A stretch of DNA of 64,000 nucleotides from the human T2T-CHM13v2.0 reference genome, Homo sapiens. Both the position numbers and the translations under genes were made by a program. The notes under the pieces are model-generated. The model was not told where the DNA came from and did not search any database. It worked only from the letters and a program-made list of their open reading frames with translations. The stretch is from assembly GCF_009914755.1 (NCBI RefSeq), contig NC_060931.1. One strand, written 5' to 3'. Shown here piece after piece: positions 1 to 12,678 of the stretch (position 1 is the first letter of the stretch; each line of letters begins with the position of its first letter).

Positions 1-73
1 CTATAGCAGACTCCATTGTGCTCCCAAAAATGGTTGCCACATACCCAGACATTCCTCTCTTTTCTTTGGGCAG

Positions 74-275
74 AAAAGCAAGCCAGGGTCCTCATTGTGA
101 TCGCCTGGAGCCTGTCTTTTCTGTTCTCCATTCCCACCCTGATCATATTTGGGAAGAGGACACTGTCCAACGGTGAAGTGCAGTGCTGGGCCCTGTGGCC
201 TGACGACTCCTACTGGACCCCATACATGACCATCGTGGCCTTCCTGGTGTACTTCATCCCTCTGACAATCATCAG
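74..275 (+). CDS. NPSR1: NPSR1 coding exon 5 (202 nt; TM4-ECL2-TM5)
   Basis: Pyrimidine tract then CAG (71-73); donor AG|GTAAGA at 276. Translates (E)KQARVLIVIAWSLSFLFSIPTLIIFGKRTLSNGEVQCWALWPDDSYWTPYMTIVAFLVYFIPLTII, which I recognise as NPSR1, with class A GPCR TM4 Trp, ECL2 Cys and TM5 YFIP. Confidence 0.98.
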
Positions 276-303
276 GTAAGAAGCCGTCAGGACAGGACCA
301 CAC

Positions 304-324
304 GGGGGGGTGGGGCGGGGGGGG
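304..324 (+). promoter_or_regulatory. Intronic G-run cluster (G7-T-G4-C-G8); G-quadruplex-capable, candidate hnRNP H/F splicing enhancer
   Basis: gggggggtggggcgggggggg starting 29 nt after the end of exon 5. Confidence 0.55.
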
Positions 325-3137
325 CTTTCCTGTTTCTCCAGCTGTTGCTCTCCTCCCCAACAGACCCATTTTTCCTAGTGCCCTTGAGGGAACTGACCAG
401 GCCACAAGATTTTATGTGTAGCTACCATAGGCTAAGCCCAATTTCTTCAAAGTAGAGTAAGGAGAAGGGAATTAACAATTACTGGGTATATAGGGCAGGC
501 ATTGTGCTAAATAGCTAACAATTATCACATTAGCCACAGTATAACCCTGTGAAATAATTTCCATTGCCCCAATTTAATGAATGATGAAACTCAAGCTCAG
601 AGTGATTAAGTAACTTATTCAACATCAAACAGGATTGATATCCAGGTTTTTCTGAAATCATACCATATTATTTCTTTTATATCTCGCAGCCTTCCAAATA
701 TAAGGCAAATTACCAGTTTCAGGGATTTTGTAAATGAAAAGATAGACATACTTGAAACAAACTGAACACAAAACTCAGTATGCACTAATATGCTAAACTG
801 TCTATGCAGTGGAGTCAGATAATGGCAGGGAATATATTTTGGAAGCCACCATTGAAGGAGGAAATGATTCAGGTAGGATAAGGGAGAAGTGGGGAGGAAG
901 CAGAGTCTGTGATGACCAGAAATCAGAGTGAGTGTAGAGGCAGAGTGGACAGGTACACAGTGCCAGTGGGACAGAAGTTGGCAGTGAGCTCCTCCCAGTG
1001 ACTGGGGGAGGCTCAGTTGTGAATGACCTTGGCAAAAAAGTCATAGGAAGTCCTTTGTCCTGCAGCCAATGGTGAGCTGTAGAGGGTCTTTCAACAGAGA
1101 TTAGCACAACAACCTGGTCAAGGTAGGGTCTCACTTGGCCATGCCATGTGGCAGGATCACCCTCTGAAATGGGCTCTGCATGTGTAGATGGGGTGGGAGA
1201 CTACAGGAAGAGACCTGGCACATTGTGTGTATCCTTGAGCCATGATGATGCTGCACCTTTTGGGTAGGTCTAAGCCTGCCATAGTGTGTCATATAACACA
1301 TTGTAAGCAAAGGAAGATTATCAGCCTTTGTTTTTGATAGTGTAAAGAGAGCTGTGATAAAAATCCTTGTACTTAAAACTGTACATGAGTCTCTGGTTAT
1401 TTCCTCATAACTCATTCTTGTGGAATTACTAGATCAAAGGTATAGATCAAAGATGATGCACATTTTAAAACTTTTGATGCAGAGTCACAAGCTGCCCTTG
1501 AGAAAAGCTGTATTGCTTCTTGGCCTGTTAGCTAAGATCACTTGTAGAAAAGGTATATTCTGGGCAATACCATACAAGGGCTCTTGTTTTCTGCTCCCCT
1601 GACCCAATGGAAGGTAGCACTATTACCTTACTAAATCTTTGCCAACCTAAGAGTTTAAAAAGTATTTCATTGTTTTAATATGCATTTCTTTAATTACTAA
1701 GCTGGTGGCATGTTTTTCAAGTGTTTTCTGATACAGTGGGAGTCACCTTTTCCTGCTCATTATTCATCTTTAGTCTAATAAAATACTATAGCTGGGAGAA
1801 ACGTTATCCATCATATGGTCAAACCCCTGAATTTTTCATAAGAGTAGAATTAAGACTAAAAGAAGTTAACTGCCTTGCCCCCGCCCCCTCATCAGAGATT
1901 GAGATGGGCAAGCACATAGTGACCTCAAAAGCCAACCCAGCAGCCTTTCCAAAATGGGGTGTTGTCCAGTCATCTCTGCTGAATGGACAACTTAACACCA
2001 ACACTTTATTTTGACTTATTGCCCTCCACTCCATCAAGCTGAGCTTGAGAGAAAGTTTGAAGGAGAAAAGGTTATTTAGACAACTATCCAAGGTAAGTCA
2101 CAGCGCATGGGAAGGGGCCCATGGCAGAGGAGACAGGCAAGTGAGCCACAGCGGTCAGAGAGCATTTGGAAGAAAGTGGCTTGTGTCATCCTGAGCAACT
2201 GAGGCATCGATTTCAGTGGCAGCACATGTCCTGGCTTCACTGCTGATTGATTTCCCATCAACTCAAGAAATGAACTCCAGTCAAAGTCCCCGCTCAGCAG
2301 AGTGGATGCTGCAGCACATGGACCACGCAGCTCAGGTTATCCTGTATCTATGATTTCCCCATTAATTTGGGCTGCTTTTTCCACCAGGACTTCTCCTCAA
2401 ACTTGCCTGTGGGCTAGCTAGTGTGTCTTTTTCGTGTCCTTGAAAGGGCAAAATACAATGTGTTTGCTGATTGAGGGAAATGATTTCAAAAACTGGTTTC
2501 CCTCAGCTCTCACCAAGCTAAAGCCTCTGGAAGGCCAGATCCTAGCTCCTTGCTTCCAGCCCGTGACGGTCATGAAAACTCAGCCATGACCTCCAGCCAT
2601 CCTTGAGCTTCTCTGAAGCATTTCCTACCTGACAAGAGGCTCCTCTTCCATCACCTTCCCTCTTTCGTGGCTCCCTGCTGCTGAAGAAACAACTTCTCTC
2701 TTGGGGACTAACATCCTCTACCTCCTTCAGCAACAACTATCTTCTCAAACAAGACCAGGCCCTGGGGGGGCGAGTTTTGTGAGGAACTTGTTTCCAACTA
2801 GTACCTGGCATAGGTGCTACAATTTCATCTCAGATATAAGGTTCAACTCTTATTCTGTCTTTATTACCTATATTCTGGCCCCCTGGGCTCAATTCTCTGA
2901 GTAAGGTTAAATTCTTCATTTCAAGCTTAAATAGACAAGGAAAACAGCTCAAGGAAAGTGTTCACTCGTGTTCACCATGCCTCATTCTCCTTCATGCATG
3001 CTATATATGCTACATTTACCAAATTGACAGAAAAAAAAACATATCTTAGTTGTTTTATTTTGCATTTCTTTCATTACAAATGAGATTGAATATATTTTAT
3101 ATGCTTTTTGCCATTTTTGTTTTTTTTAAAGTACTTA

Positions 3138-3185
3138 TTAGGTTGGTGCAAAAGTAATTGCGGACTTTGCCATTGAAAGTAATGC
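3138..3185. mobile_element. MADE1 (Hsmar1 mariner MITE), truncated to one arm
   Basis: TTAGGTTGGTGCAAAAGTAATTGCGG...TTTGCCATTGAAAGTAATG matches the MADE1 left TIR and centre; preceded by TA. Confidence 0.85.
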
Positions 3186-3928
3186 CACTTTTCTTGTTTA
3201 AATGTTTTTATTTTCTCTATTCTCTATCTTTAGAAATTATTCATACAATAACCTTTTTCTTTTTGCATATGTTGCAAATATTTCTCCTAATTTGTCATTT
3301 GCCTCTCTATTGAGTATGGTTTTATTTTGTTTTTGATTATTAAAAGTAGTGATTGACGTAATTAAGAAAAAAAGAAAAAGCACAAATAACTAACTCAGTG
3401 GCTTTTCTGCCACAAATACCTCATTGTTTTACTTATTGCCCAGCTTCGTATGCATTTAAGTATCTGCTAGGACAAGATCTACTTGTTTTTTTTCAAAGAT
3501 TCCCTGGCTGCTTCATGGTGAGCTGCTGATGCCTCACCTGCACTCCCAGCTCCAGCCATGGAACAAACACCCCTCTGGCCCATGTGCATCACTCCCATGC
3601 CTGAACACTCTGCCAAGCTCACCTTGCCTTGTTTCACCCAACTAGTTCACATCCCTTGTGTCTCATTTCCAATACCAACTCCACAGTAGAGCTTCCCTTG
3701 CCAACCCTGGACCAAGAGGCACCTCAGGTCCTCACTCCCTAACCTCCAACCTCACTTTGTCCATGTCGTCATCTAGACTTCATGGCAGTTTGACTGTATC
3801 TCATGAGTGCAGGGACTGTGGCCTCTTCATTTCTGGATTTCACATCCAGCACACACTAAACAGTTGGTGAATATTAGATTGAATGAATAACGCAATAAAT
3901 TGCACCGAACAACAGATGTGTCATGTCA

Positions 3929-3986
3929 CTCTCTCTACTCTTTCTCTCCCTCTCTCATTCTCTCTCTCTCTGTCTCTCACACACAT

Positions 3987-4021
<35 letters not shown>

Positions 4022-4030
4022 GTGTACACA
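3929..4030. repeat. (TC)n/(CA)n compound microsatellite
   Basis: Direct reading. Confidence 0.9.
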
Positions 4031-4109
4031 TACTGCTAATATAGAAATTTCTGGCTATCTAATGCCTAGATCAGTTTTTGGCATATGATAGCTCCTCCAT
4101 AAATATATG

Positions 4110-4183
4110 TGAGAGGAAAGAAGAAAGGGAGAAAAGAAAGGAGGGGGGAAGAAAGGGAGGGAGGGAAAGAGAGAGAGAGAGAG
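4110..4183. repeat. GA-rich polypurine tract
   Basis: Direct reading. Confidence 0.85.
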
Positions 4184-4924
4184 GCAGTTGTATTGTTGGT
4201 GGCAAACTCTCATGAGAGCTGCGTATGAATAAAGATGTAGCTGTTCCATCATCCACTAAATCAGGCTCCCAGGAGTTGAAACCATAGTGACTGACAGCAA
4301 AGGCAATACATTGTTTTTCTGGGTCAAAACAACAGGAGTTGTTTTGAAATTCACTTGACATAACTGTCTAATTGTTGCTGGGGAGGTTATTAGCCCTGGT
4401 GTAATTGCTTTACTTTAGCTGTGCTTATTTTCTTGCTACCTAATTGATTTTTCATTCTCTTATCATTTTCATCTCTGTAAGATAAAGATAGAAGCAGAAG
4501 AGATTCACAACCGACAATTGCAAAAAAAAAAAGTGGAAAAAGCACATTAGTCATGGATCATTGATTTGTCATATGTGAGAAAAATTCATTTATTTTGCTT
4601 AGGAAATGGGATCACATTGTGGGAAAGCCCCATGCCAGGTTGGTGCAGCCCTGTGGATAGAATACATGGCCATGGTGGGTAAAAGCGCCCCAGGGACCTG
4701 GCCAGCACTGGCCATGGGCATAAGGTCCAAGGTCAAAGAGGATCACAGGGCCCACAATAAAAGTAGTCATCAAAATGAATAAAGAGAGATTGTAAGGGTC
4801 TCCACTAATGCTGAAAACCTGGATGGAGAGGAAGGTACAGATTATGGAGTCATTTTGCAGGGACAATCCACAAAACTTATCTGCAATCTGATTGATCAGA
4901 TAAAGGAAAAAGGAAAAGAGACAA

Positions 4925-5195
4925 AGCCAAGTGTGGTGACTCACACCTGTAATCTCAGCACTCTGGGAGGCCTAGGCAGGTGGACCTCTTGGGCCCGGGA
5001 GTTCAAGACCAGCCTGGCAGCATGGTGAAACCCTGTCTCTATAAAATATACAAAAATTAGCCGGGCATAGTGGCGCACACTGGTAGTTCCAGCTATTCAG
5101 GTGGCTGAGGTGGGAGGTCAAGGCTGCAGTGAACTATGATCCTGACACTGTACTCCAGCCTGGGTGAGAGAGCAAAACCCTGTGTCCAAAAAAAA
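4925..5195 (+). mobile_element. AluJ-like SINE with small deletion in the right arm
   Basis: Alu left arm, A-rich linker, ggtcaaggctgcagtgaactatgat (J-type) and A tail. Confidence 0.85.
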
Positions 5196-6245
5196 ATGGG
5201 GACACACAGCAACGCAGATGTCTCTTTGATGCTTGATCACTAAGCTCCAAGAAGTAGTCTGATTTGGCAATAATACCCTAGTTATTAGGTGTTCGCCATG
5301 CTAACAGAAAAGCTGGTACTGGTTCTCACTCATCTGATTGGCCCTAAGTAAAAAGAGGGGTGACTTAGGCCCAAATCCCTAAAGCATAAGACATTTCTTA
5401 ACTTTTCCCCTGTGTACATGGTTGATAACCATAAATATTTGAATTATTGGTCAATTAAATACTGGGGTTGCAATTGACATAACCATTAACTTTCCATGGT
5501 GAGTGTAACCTTACCTTGCACAGTATTTCACTTTCTGGGGAAGAAGTTTCCCTGTTCTAGCAAATAGTCAACTTAGGGTTGAACTCACTAATAACATTTT
5601 TCTCATTTTTTCTTTACTGCAGGCATACAAATTGCAAAAATAGTCCCTGGGCAATTATATAAGAAAGAATGGAGATGCTCCAAAAAAGTCCCTGAGCTTT
5701 CCTGGAGCACTTGGAGGGGTTCACTCAGCAAGAATGGGAAAAGGCAGTAAGAAGCAGAGATTTTAACATTGCCATTAATTAAGTTATATTCTAAAGATCA
5801 TTAAAAGCAATTAGTGCTTTGTCGGCTACTGCAAACTGAAGCTCTGATTTTTTAAAATAATTCTCAAGAGGGAAGATACACAGTTTTAAAATAAAGCATT
5901 GCTTTGTCCCAAAGTTTTTAGTCAAGATGCTTAATGTAGTCAAAATATCAAGTAATATTAAAGAAGAGTAGTTTTTATATTTATCAAAGAGTACCTAGGA
6001 TAGAAAACTTGCTGACACTTTTGAATCCTTAACACTTTGTTTTCCTGTTAGGCACAGATTAAATCATGTAAGAATTGGTGTGATATAGTATAAAAAATAG
6101 GCAAAAAAGAGGAGAAAGGAAATTAGTCTCTACTAATTTTCCAGCACCGTACTTGGCACTTTAAATATTGTCACATCTGATACTCAAAAAGTTCGAGAGG
6201 TCTGTATTGTTAACACCATTTTGTAGAACCTCAACTGAGGCTCAG

Positions 6246-6705
6246 TGTAGTAGTTATCTATTACTGCATTACAAATCACCACAAACCTAGTGACTTAAAT
6301 CAAGATACATTTGTTATCTCACAGTTTCTGTGGGTCAAGAATTTGGCCGTGGCTTAACCGGGTCCTCTGCTCATGCAAGGCAGCCATTCAAGTTGTTTAT
6401 CCAGGGCAGGGGTCATCAGAGGCTGGACTGGGAGAGGCTCTTTTCCAAGCTCCCTCAGGTCCTTAGCAGAATTCATTTTCTTGCAGCTGTGGGATTCATG
6501 GCACCTTGCTTCTTCAAAGCCAGCAATGCATAGAGACACCAACAAGACAGGCACTACATTCTATGTAATCAGTCCCATCCCCTTTGCCACATTGCATTGA
6601 TTAGAGGCAAGTCACCTGCTCTTCCCACACTAAAGGGGTGAGGATCAACAAAGCCATGAATGCCAGAATCAGGGATCATAGATGTCATTTAAAAGACTGT
6701 CTAAA
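6246..6705 (-). mobile_element. MLT1-family MaLR solo LTR
   Basis: tgtagtagttatctattactgcattacaaatcaccacaaacctagtgacttaaa resembles the reverse complement of an MLT1 3' end; right boundary approximate. Confidence 0.7.
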
Positions 6706-6833
6706 GTCAGGACTGTACAACAGACAAGTAGAGGAGACCCAAGTTTTTCTGACTCTAAGGCCTGTTTTTGGATTCTAATCACAGCTCTCCCTCAAACCAT
6801 TTGGGCTACCTTGAGGAAACTGCATAACTTTAC

Positions 6834-7005
6834 CAGGTCTTAGCCTCCTCACTTAAGAAAGAAGTAACTCCATCCAGTGGATCCTCATGGTCACTTTCAG
6901 TTGCAATTCTATGAACAGCAAGTATAAGGGGGCAGGCATGGTTAAAAGATCTGTCCCTTCACACCTTGCACTCGGGGAGGTGGGAGTGGTCTTCTCTGTG
7001 TCCTC
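6834..7005 (-). ncRNA. NPSR1-AS1: Probable first exon of antisense lncRNA NPSR1-AS1 (AAA1); boundaries approximate
   Basis: NPSR1-AS1 is known to overlap NPSR1 on the opposite strand, and I recall a 5' end just upstream of exon 6. The sequence shows a minus-strand donor CTG|GTAAAG at 6834/6833. The TSS cannot be verified from sequence. Confidence 0.4.
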
Positions 7006-7056
7006 ACAGTAGGGATCCACCAGTCACTTTAATACTACCTTTGGTTCTTTCTGCAG

Positions 7057-7133
7057 CATCATGTATGGCATTGTGATCCGAACTATTTGGATTAAAAGCA
7101 AAACCTACGAAACAGTGATTTCCAACTGCTCAG
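7057..7133 (+). CDS. NPSR1: NPSR1 coding exon 6 (77 nt; end of TM5 and ICL3)
   Basis: ttggttctttctgcag acceptor; CAG|GTAAGT donor at 7134. Continues exon 5 in phase 2: (S)IMYGIVIRTIWIKSKTYETVISNCS. Confidence 0.98.
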
Positions 7134-8479
7134 GTAAGTCTCTACTCTGCATGGCCCAATTCTTGGCTAATTTGCTTCTCCAGAGGTTTTCTTCTAGCAA
7201 ATGTGAGCTAGGGACTCCTTGATACACAAGCATACAGGATCATATCAGGACCCAGCCGGCAGACCAGACCCACCAAAGGCTGTCACAGGCGGGCTCTGTC
7301 TTCCCCCATGTGACCTCCCTGAAATCTAGGAGAAGGAAGGGGGCACTTTGGACCTGGTCAAGCTATGCCAGCAGAGAGTTAGCCTTTGACCTAGGATCCA
7401 AGGGTTACCCCAGCCTCAGATCTAGCAAAGAAGCACCTTGGAGGACACAGATAAGAAAAGACAGACTGTCCAAGGAGGACATCACACCTTCAGCAAAGAT
7501 GAGCATAGGCTTTTCTGATTGGCTTGAATTTTCAGATACATAAAGCTGCCATCTGTCCATAGAACAATCTTGGACCCTTAGCCAGTAAAGGCACGGTAGT
7601 CCATGCTTTCCCAACTGACACACCAATTCAAACCAGATGAAGCCTAAGACCACCTACTACAACTCTTCCCCACATTCCTTCTCAGTAAACCTGAATGCAG
7701 AGCCTCTCGTATGCAATAGACTCTGAGCCCTGGAAGCCTACCCTGCTTCCCAGGAAAACATTACTGGACCTGACCAAGGTCAACCTGGAGAAAACACAGC
7801 AAACCAAGGGGCCAAAAGAAGAAAGGGCTTCTAGTTTTCTGTTGCTATAATGTGATAGGTCTGCAGAAGAAGACTGGCTCCGCTCAGCTTCCACACCCCT
7901 CCCATTCCTTGTGCACACACATACACACAATGTAGGCTCATATACACAAATACACACACCTTCACACACTCAGTCTCACACACACTAACAATGCATACTC
8001 ACACTTATATGCACTCACACAAGGACAACAAGCTATACCACAAATATCTGGAATAAGAAGAGCTACTTTCTGTTCCAGATGTACCACTAAGAGCTGTGCC
8101 ACCTGGCAAAGTTATCTAATCCCTGGGCTCCAAGAGGTTAAAATAAGGGGATAGACTGGATTCTCCCTAAGCCCTCCTCTTTTCAGACTGTGAGCTAAAC
8201 TTTTGTTGGACCAAGACAGAGCTTGTTTTCTCCCTCTTAAAGCTACTTTTTCCAATAAGACTGTGAGGCCACCAAGAGGATGCACAAGTATTATCGGGCA
8301 CTGATAACTTGTGTCTCTTTCCCTAGAAGTATGAGTGGAGATACATAAGTCTGGGTTCTTCACCTGAATTCAGTTCAATTCTTCTGTACTCTTCTGCATG
8401 TCAGGAGTGGTACAGGGACTGGAAATGACAAAGAATGAATAGCATGGTTCCTGACTATAGGCAGCTTACAGTCTAGGGC

Positions 8480-8657
8480 CTTGGGTCTTGGCCCTGGCTA
8501 CACAGTAGAATCGCCTGGGGAGGTTTTACAATGCACCGAAACCCAGACACCATTCCCTGAGAGATTCTGATTCACTCCATCTGGAGTGGGGCATGGATTT
8601 TATTATTTCGGAAAAGCTCTTCAGGCATTTTTAATGTTCAACCAGGTTTGACAATCT
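8480..8657. mobile_element. MER5A-like hAT-Charlie MITE
   Basis: agaatcgcctggggaggtttt...agagattctgattc...ccaggtttgacaa pattern. Confidence 0.6.
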
Positions 8658-9252
8658 GGTCCAGTGAGACACAGAGTCATAGGTGGCTGACCTTCACACT
8701 GACTGACCAGTGTAACCAAGAGATGTGCTTAGGCTGCTTGGAAATTTTCAACCCACGAAGACCCAGTCATTCAGCTTGGGGCTAATTCCAGCCCCCATGC
8801 AGATCCTAGTGCTTCCCTTCCACTGGTGCAGTCTCCACACCCTGGTTTTTCTGGAAGAGCAAAAGCAATCAGAGAGAATAAACACAAGTGAATTCATTCT
8901 ATTCAGTGCAGTTGGCTTTGGTTAAAAGTTAGAATATTTGTCCAAAAAAAAAATTGGATGAAGACATCCTTCCTCTATCAGATATCAAATAAATGCAGTA
9001 AGTACTATAATTATAATACTAAAATCATTGAAAGAGAATTATATGGACAGGGAAATCCAACAGAACAGAAATGCCAAAGGAAACCTCAGGAATTTAGAAT
9101 GTGATGAAGTATTTTAAACTGATAGAGAAATAGAAACTGTTTAATTACTAATGTTGAGACAACTGCCCATATGGAAACAATCATATATTAGATTGTTGTA
9201 TCATATGCTACAAGGAAATACACTCCTTATGAAACGAAGAACAAAAGATAGA

Positions 9253-9453
9253 ATGAGGGAGAAAGAAAGAGTGAGAGAGAAAGAGTGAGGAAAGAAAAGA
9301 AGAAAGAAAGAAAGAAAGAGAAAGAAAGACAGAAAGAAGAAAGAAAGAGAGAGAGGGAGGGAGGGAGAAAGGAAGGAAGGAAGGAAAAGAAAGAAAGGAA
9401 AGGAAAGATGGGTAGAAGAAGAGAGGCGGGGGGGAAGAAAGAGAAAGAAAAAA
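9253..9453. repeat. GA-rich (GAAA/GGAA)n polypurine tract of about 200 bp
   Basis: Direct reading; produces the spurious E/K/R-rich and F/L/S-rich ORFs 9285-9539 and 9201-9479. Confidence 0.9.
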
Positions 9454-12259
9454 ATATAGGAAATATTGTTTATATTCATGAAAAACTGAAAAGATCTGAA
9501 TATCCTACAATGAGGGAACTGAGCATAATAATTATATAGCCATACAATTAAATGCTACAGCTCTAAAAATTATTATAGAGAGTGTACTTATTGCCATAGA
9601 AATATTTCTCCAATATAGTACATTAAGAAAAAGAAAGCAGTATGGTATCCCTTTTATAGATATGTGCACATATTTTTACTTAGCGGAATATATATGTGCC
9701 TGTATAGACAGATGATAGCTAGAGAGAGAGGGAGATGGAAAATATCAAGAAGCTAAATGTTATCAATGTTATTGCAGTTATCTCTGAGTGGTCGAATTTT
9801 AGGTGATTTTTGTTTTCTTCTGTTTTCCACTTAGCCATGTGTTAAAATTCTCTACAGTTACCTAAATCATACAATTGAAACAATTGCCCTGTGGCCCTTT
9901 AGCCTGAGTAAACAGCCAATATTATCCTAGATGTATATATGTATATTCATTTTTTAAAACCATCAAGTCAGGCCCCACAAAACATATATTTGCCATGCAC
10001 TTCTCTGTATAAATGTCATGCTTAGACCCTCTAAGGCCCACTCAAAGCCATCGTCCACTCATCTCAACACAGACAGACAAGTCAGAGGGACAGATGGAGC
10101 AGCTCCTGTCTGCCACTGCTAGGTCCTTTCCTTGTGTTCTTCCCTTTAACTCATTTCCTGTTTGCCCCATTTCACCCATGGCCCATTGCCCATTTCCCAT
10201 TTAACCCATTTCCCGTTTGAGAATACTGCACAGGCAGTGAGTTGCACTTTTTTTTCTAAACAGTAAATGGGTTAATCCACAACTCTTTGAGGTGGTGTTA
10301 TTAACTGTCTCTCACAGACAGAAGACAGGCTCTAAGGTTAAGCAGTTTGCTTGTTTTCACAGGTAGCATGTGACACAACTGGTATTCAAATGCACACATA
10401 TCGAATGCACACATAAAGACAAGACTTTTTAAAAATTAAAAACACAAACTCAGGGTCTTGGGTGTGGCTTCCTTTCCTGGACACTCCCTCCAGAGCTCTG
10501 CCTTCAGAGAGCTATTCCTACCTCATCTCTTGAAGGTTTTGTTTTGATATATTTAAAATCTAAAGGCTGAGTCATGACTGGCAGTGTGGAGACCAATTTT
10601 GTGGAGGTAGCCAAGGTCTTCCTGTACTTTCAGACGAATCAGATTGGTGTAAACCCCTGTCTTGTGGTTTCTGCCAATTCCATGGGTCTGACATGCTCCT
10701 CCCTGCTTGTCCCTCTGAGCACTCACTCTCACTGTCTCACCTCCTACAGCTCTCCTGTTCCCTCCACAGCAGCACCGCCCTTGCTCACCACCTTCCTCAG
10801 CATGCCTCCCCCCAGGGAGGCTGACTTCCTGGCTCTCTCCAAAGTTCCCATGTCTCCTGCTACTACATATGCCAGTCCTTGCACTCTTGGGCTCCCCTGA
10901 CTTCCAGTCCTTGAAACTGTACAAAGCCACTTGGAGGTCTGTTTCCCACTGATATAGAGTATGCCATTACTCCCTCCCAAAGGTGGAAATGGCTACCGCC
11001 ACTTTTTATTCTTTAATATAGTTTTATATCTCCATTATATCTATTTTTCAGTTACCATTAGTGACCTCATCCCGAAATGAGGGCAGCTGGTATTCTCAGA
11101 AGCTTATATGCTCTCTATATCTTATTCGTAAAAGGAACACAGTTGATTTCCCATCTGTCATTACAGCCAAGCAGCTCTGGAGTTGGCAGGTAAATCGGAT
11201 CTCCAGCTGGGTCCGCATGCCAGGATTATTGCTCATCAACAAGGGGACATTAGCCATGATTAGTGTGAACAGAAGCTCACTTTGTAAACACTGGCTAAAA
11301 AGCTCAAGCCATCCTTAGTGCGAGAACCACTCTTCTTACTGGCAAATATGTCTATTTTCTCCCAGTCAAAGGCTGACAGAAAGGAAAAGAAAAAGAACTG
11401 TATCATAAATTATCTAAAGACTTTCCCATAAACAAGCATGGAGGGCAAGACGTGGAGGAGATGGGGTTTCCAATCCTGTATGTTATCTTTCATAAATGAG
11501 CATATTATTGATGTCCAGGAGGATTTACTTGTACAAACTAGAACATTTACTGCATGGGCAAGTGTACCCATGGAACAGACAAATTTCTCGTTATAACTAT
11601 GTCTAGCTATCATGGCTTGGTGGATATGATCCATGCTATATCCAAATTCCATGTTTTTAATTAAATGAGGCATACTAGAGTGAAGAAAAAAAGCTATGGA
11701 TTAGGAATTGGGTTAGAGCCCTATTCACTTTCTAGCTTAAAAAATTTAAGAGAAGCCCATTAACTGCTGTCCATATCAGCTTCTTCATCAGTAACTGTGA
11801 ATAAAATGGCTTCTCTACAATTAACTACATTTAATAAAAGATGTGACAGAAAAACATAAAGATACAAATAAATGAAGATTATGACATGTTCGTGGATAGT
11901 AAGGTTCAATATCATAAAGACGTTGAATCTCCCCAGCTGATCTACAAGTTAATAAATTTCCAATCAAAATTGAATTGAAACATTTTATTGAGCTTCACAA
12001 GCCTATTTTAAAATAGACAAGGAAAATTCAAGAGACATGAGTAGCCTAGACATTCCTAGAGATGCAGAACAAGGTAGAGAAAGTTCGGTTTACCAAATAT
12101 TGAAATGCATTGTAAAGTCAGAGTGCGGTATTGGCACAATAGACAAATGGAAACCTCAGTTTCCTTGCTACCTGCTGCCTGCCCACAAATCCAATGCTAC
12201 ATGTTTCAGGTTTTCATTAAGACAGCACTGCATATGAGGTACCAATCTCTACTTTAGAA

Positions 12260-12678
12260 GGGAAACACTAGCAGCTGTGTAAACCCAAAATATCAGTAGC
12301 CTTAACCACATAGAAGTTTATGTCTTAATTAAAATCCAGTTGGCAATAAAGACCAGAGGGAAAGGCATTGTTCCACACAGTCATTCAGAAATTCAAGCAG
12401 GTGGAGATTCTGCCACGCTTAACAGAGGGCTGCTAAGGTACTCCTCAGCACCTCCCTCCAGCAAGCAGGGGCAGGGGAAGAGAGAGAGTGGAGGACTGCT
12501 CAGGAGAGGTATCTGAGCAAGGTTTGGGGTGGTAGACATTGACTCTTCCCAGCGTCCCTTAGGCAGATCTTAGTCACATGACTACACACTGCTGGAAGGC
12601 AGGCTGGGAATTGTAGTCTAGTTGTGTGCCCTGGGGAAACAGGAATGGGTTTTGTGAACAGCTCGTCTGTCTTTGCAT
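12260..12678 (-). mobile_element. MLT1J/K-like MaLR LTR
   Basis: ccacacagtcattcag...cttagtcacatgact...ggctgggaattgtagtctagttgtgtgcc motifs typical of old MLT1; boundaries approximate. Confidence 0.6.

Noticed and set aside
1-405. 134-aa minus-strand ORF
   Set aside because: Antisense shadow of GC-rich exon 5 plus the G-run; no recognisable domain.
3138-3185. Possible miR-548-family hairpin from MADE1 (also 49246-49302)
   Set aside because: One copy lacks the second arm and the other has most of it deleted, so no long stem can form.
9201-9539. Charged and hydrophobic low-complexity ORFs
   Set aside because: Translations of a GA-rich simple repeat.
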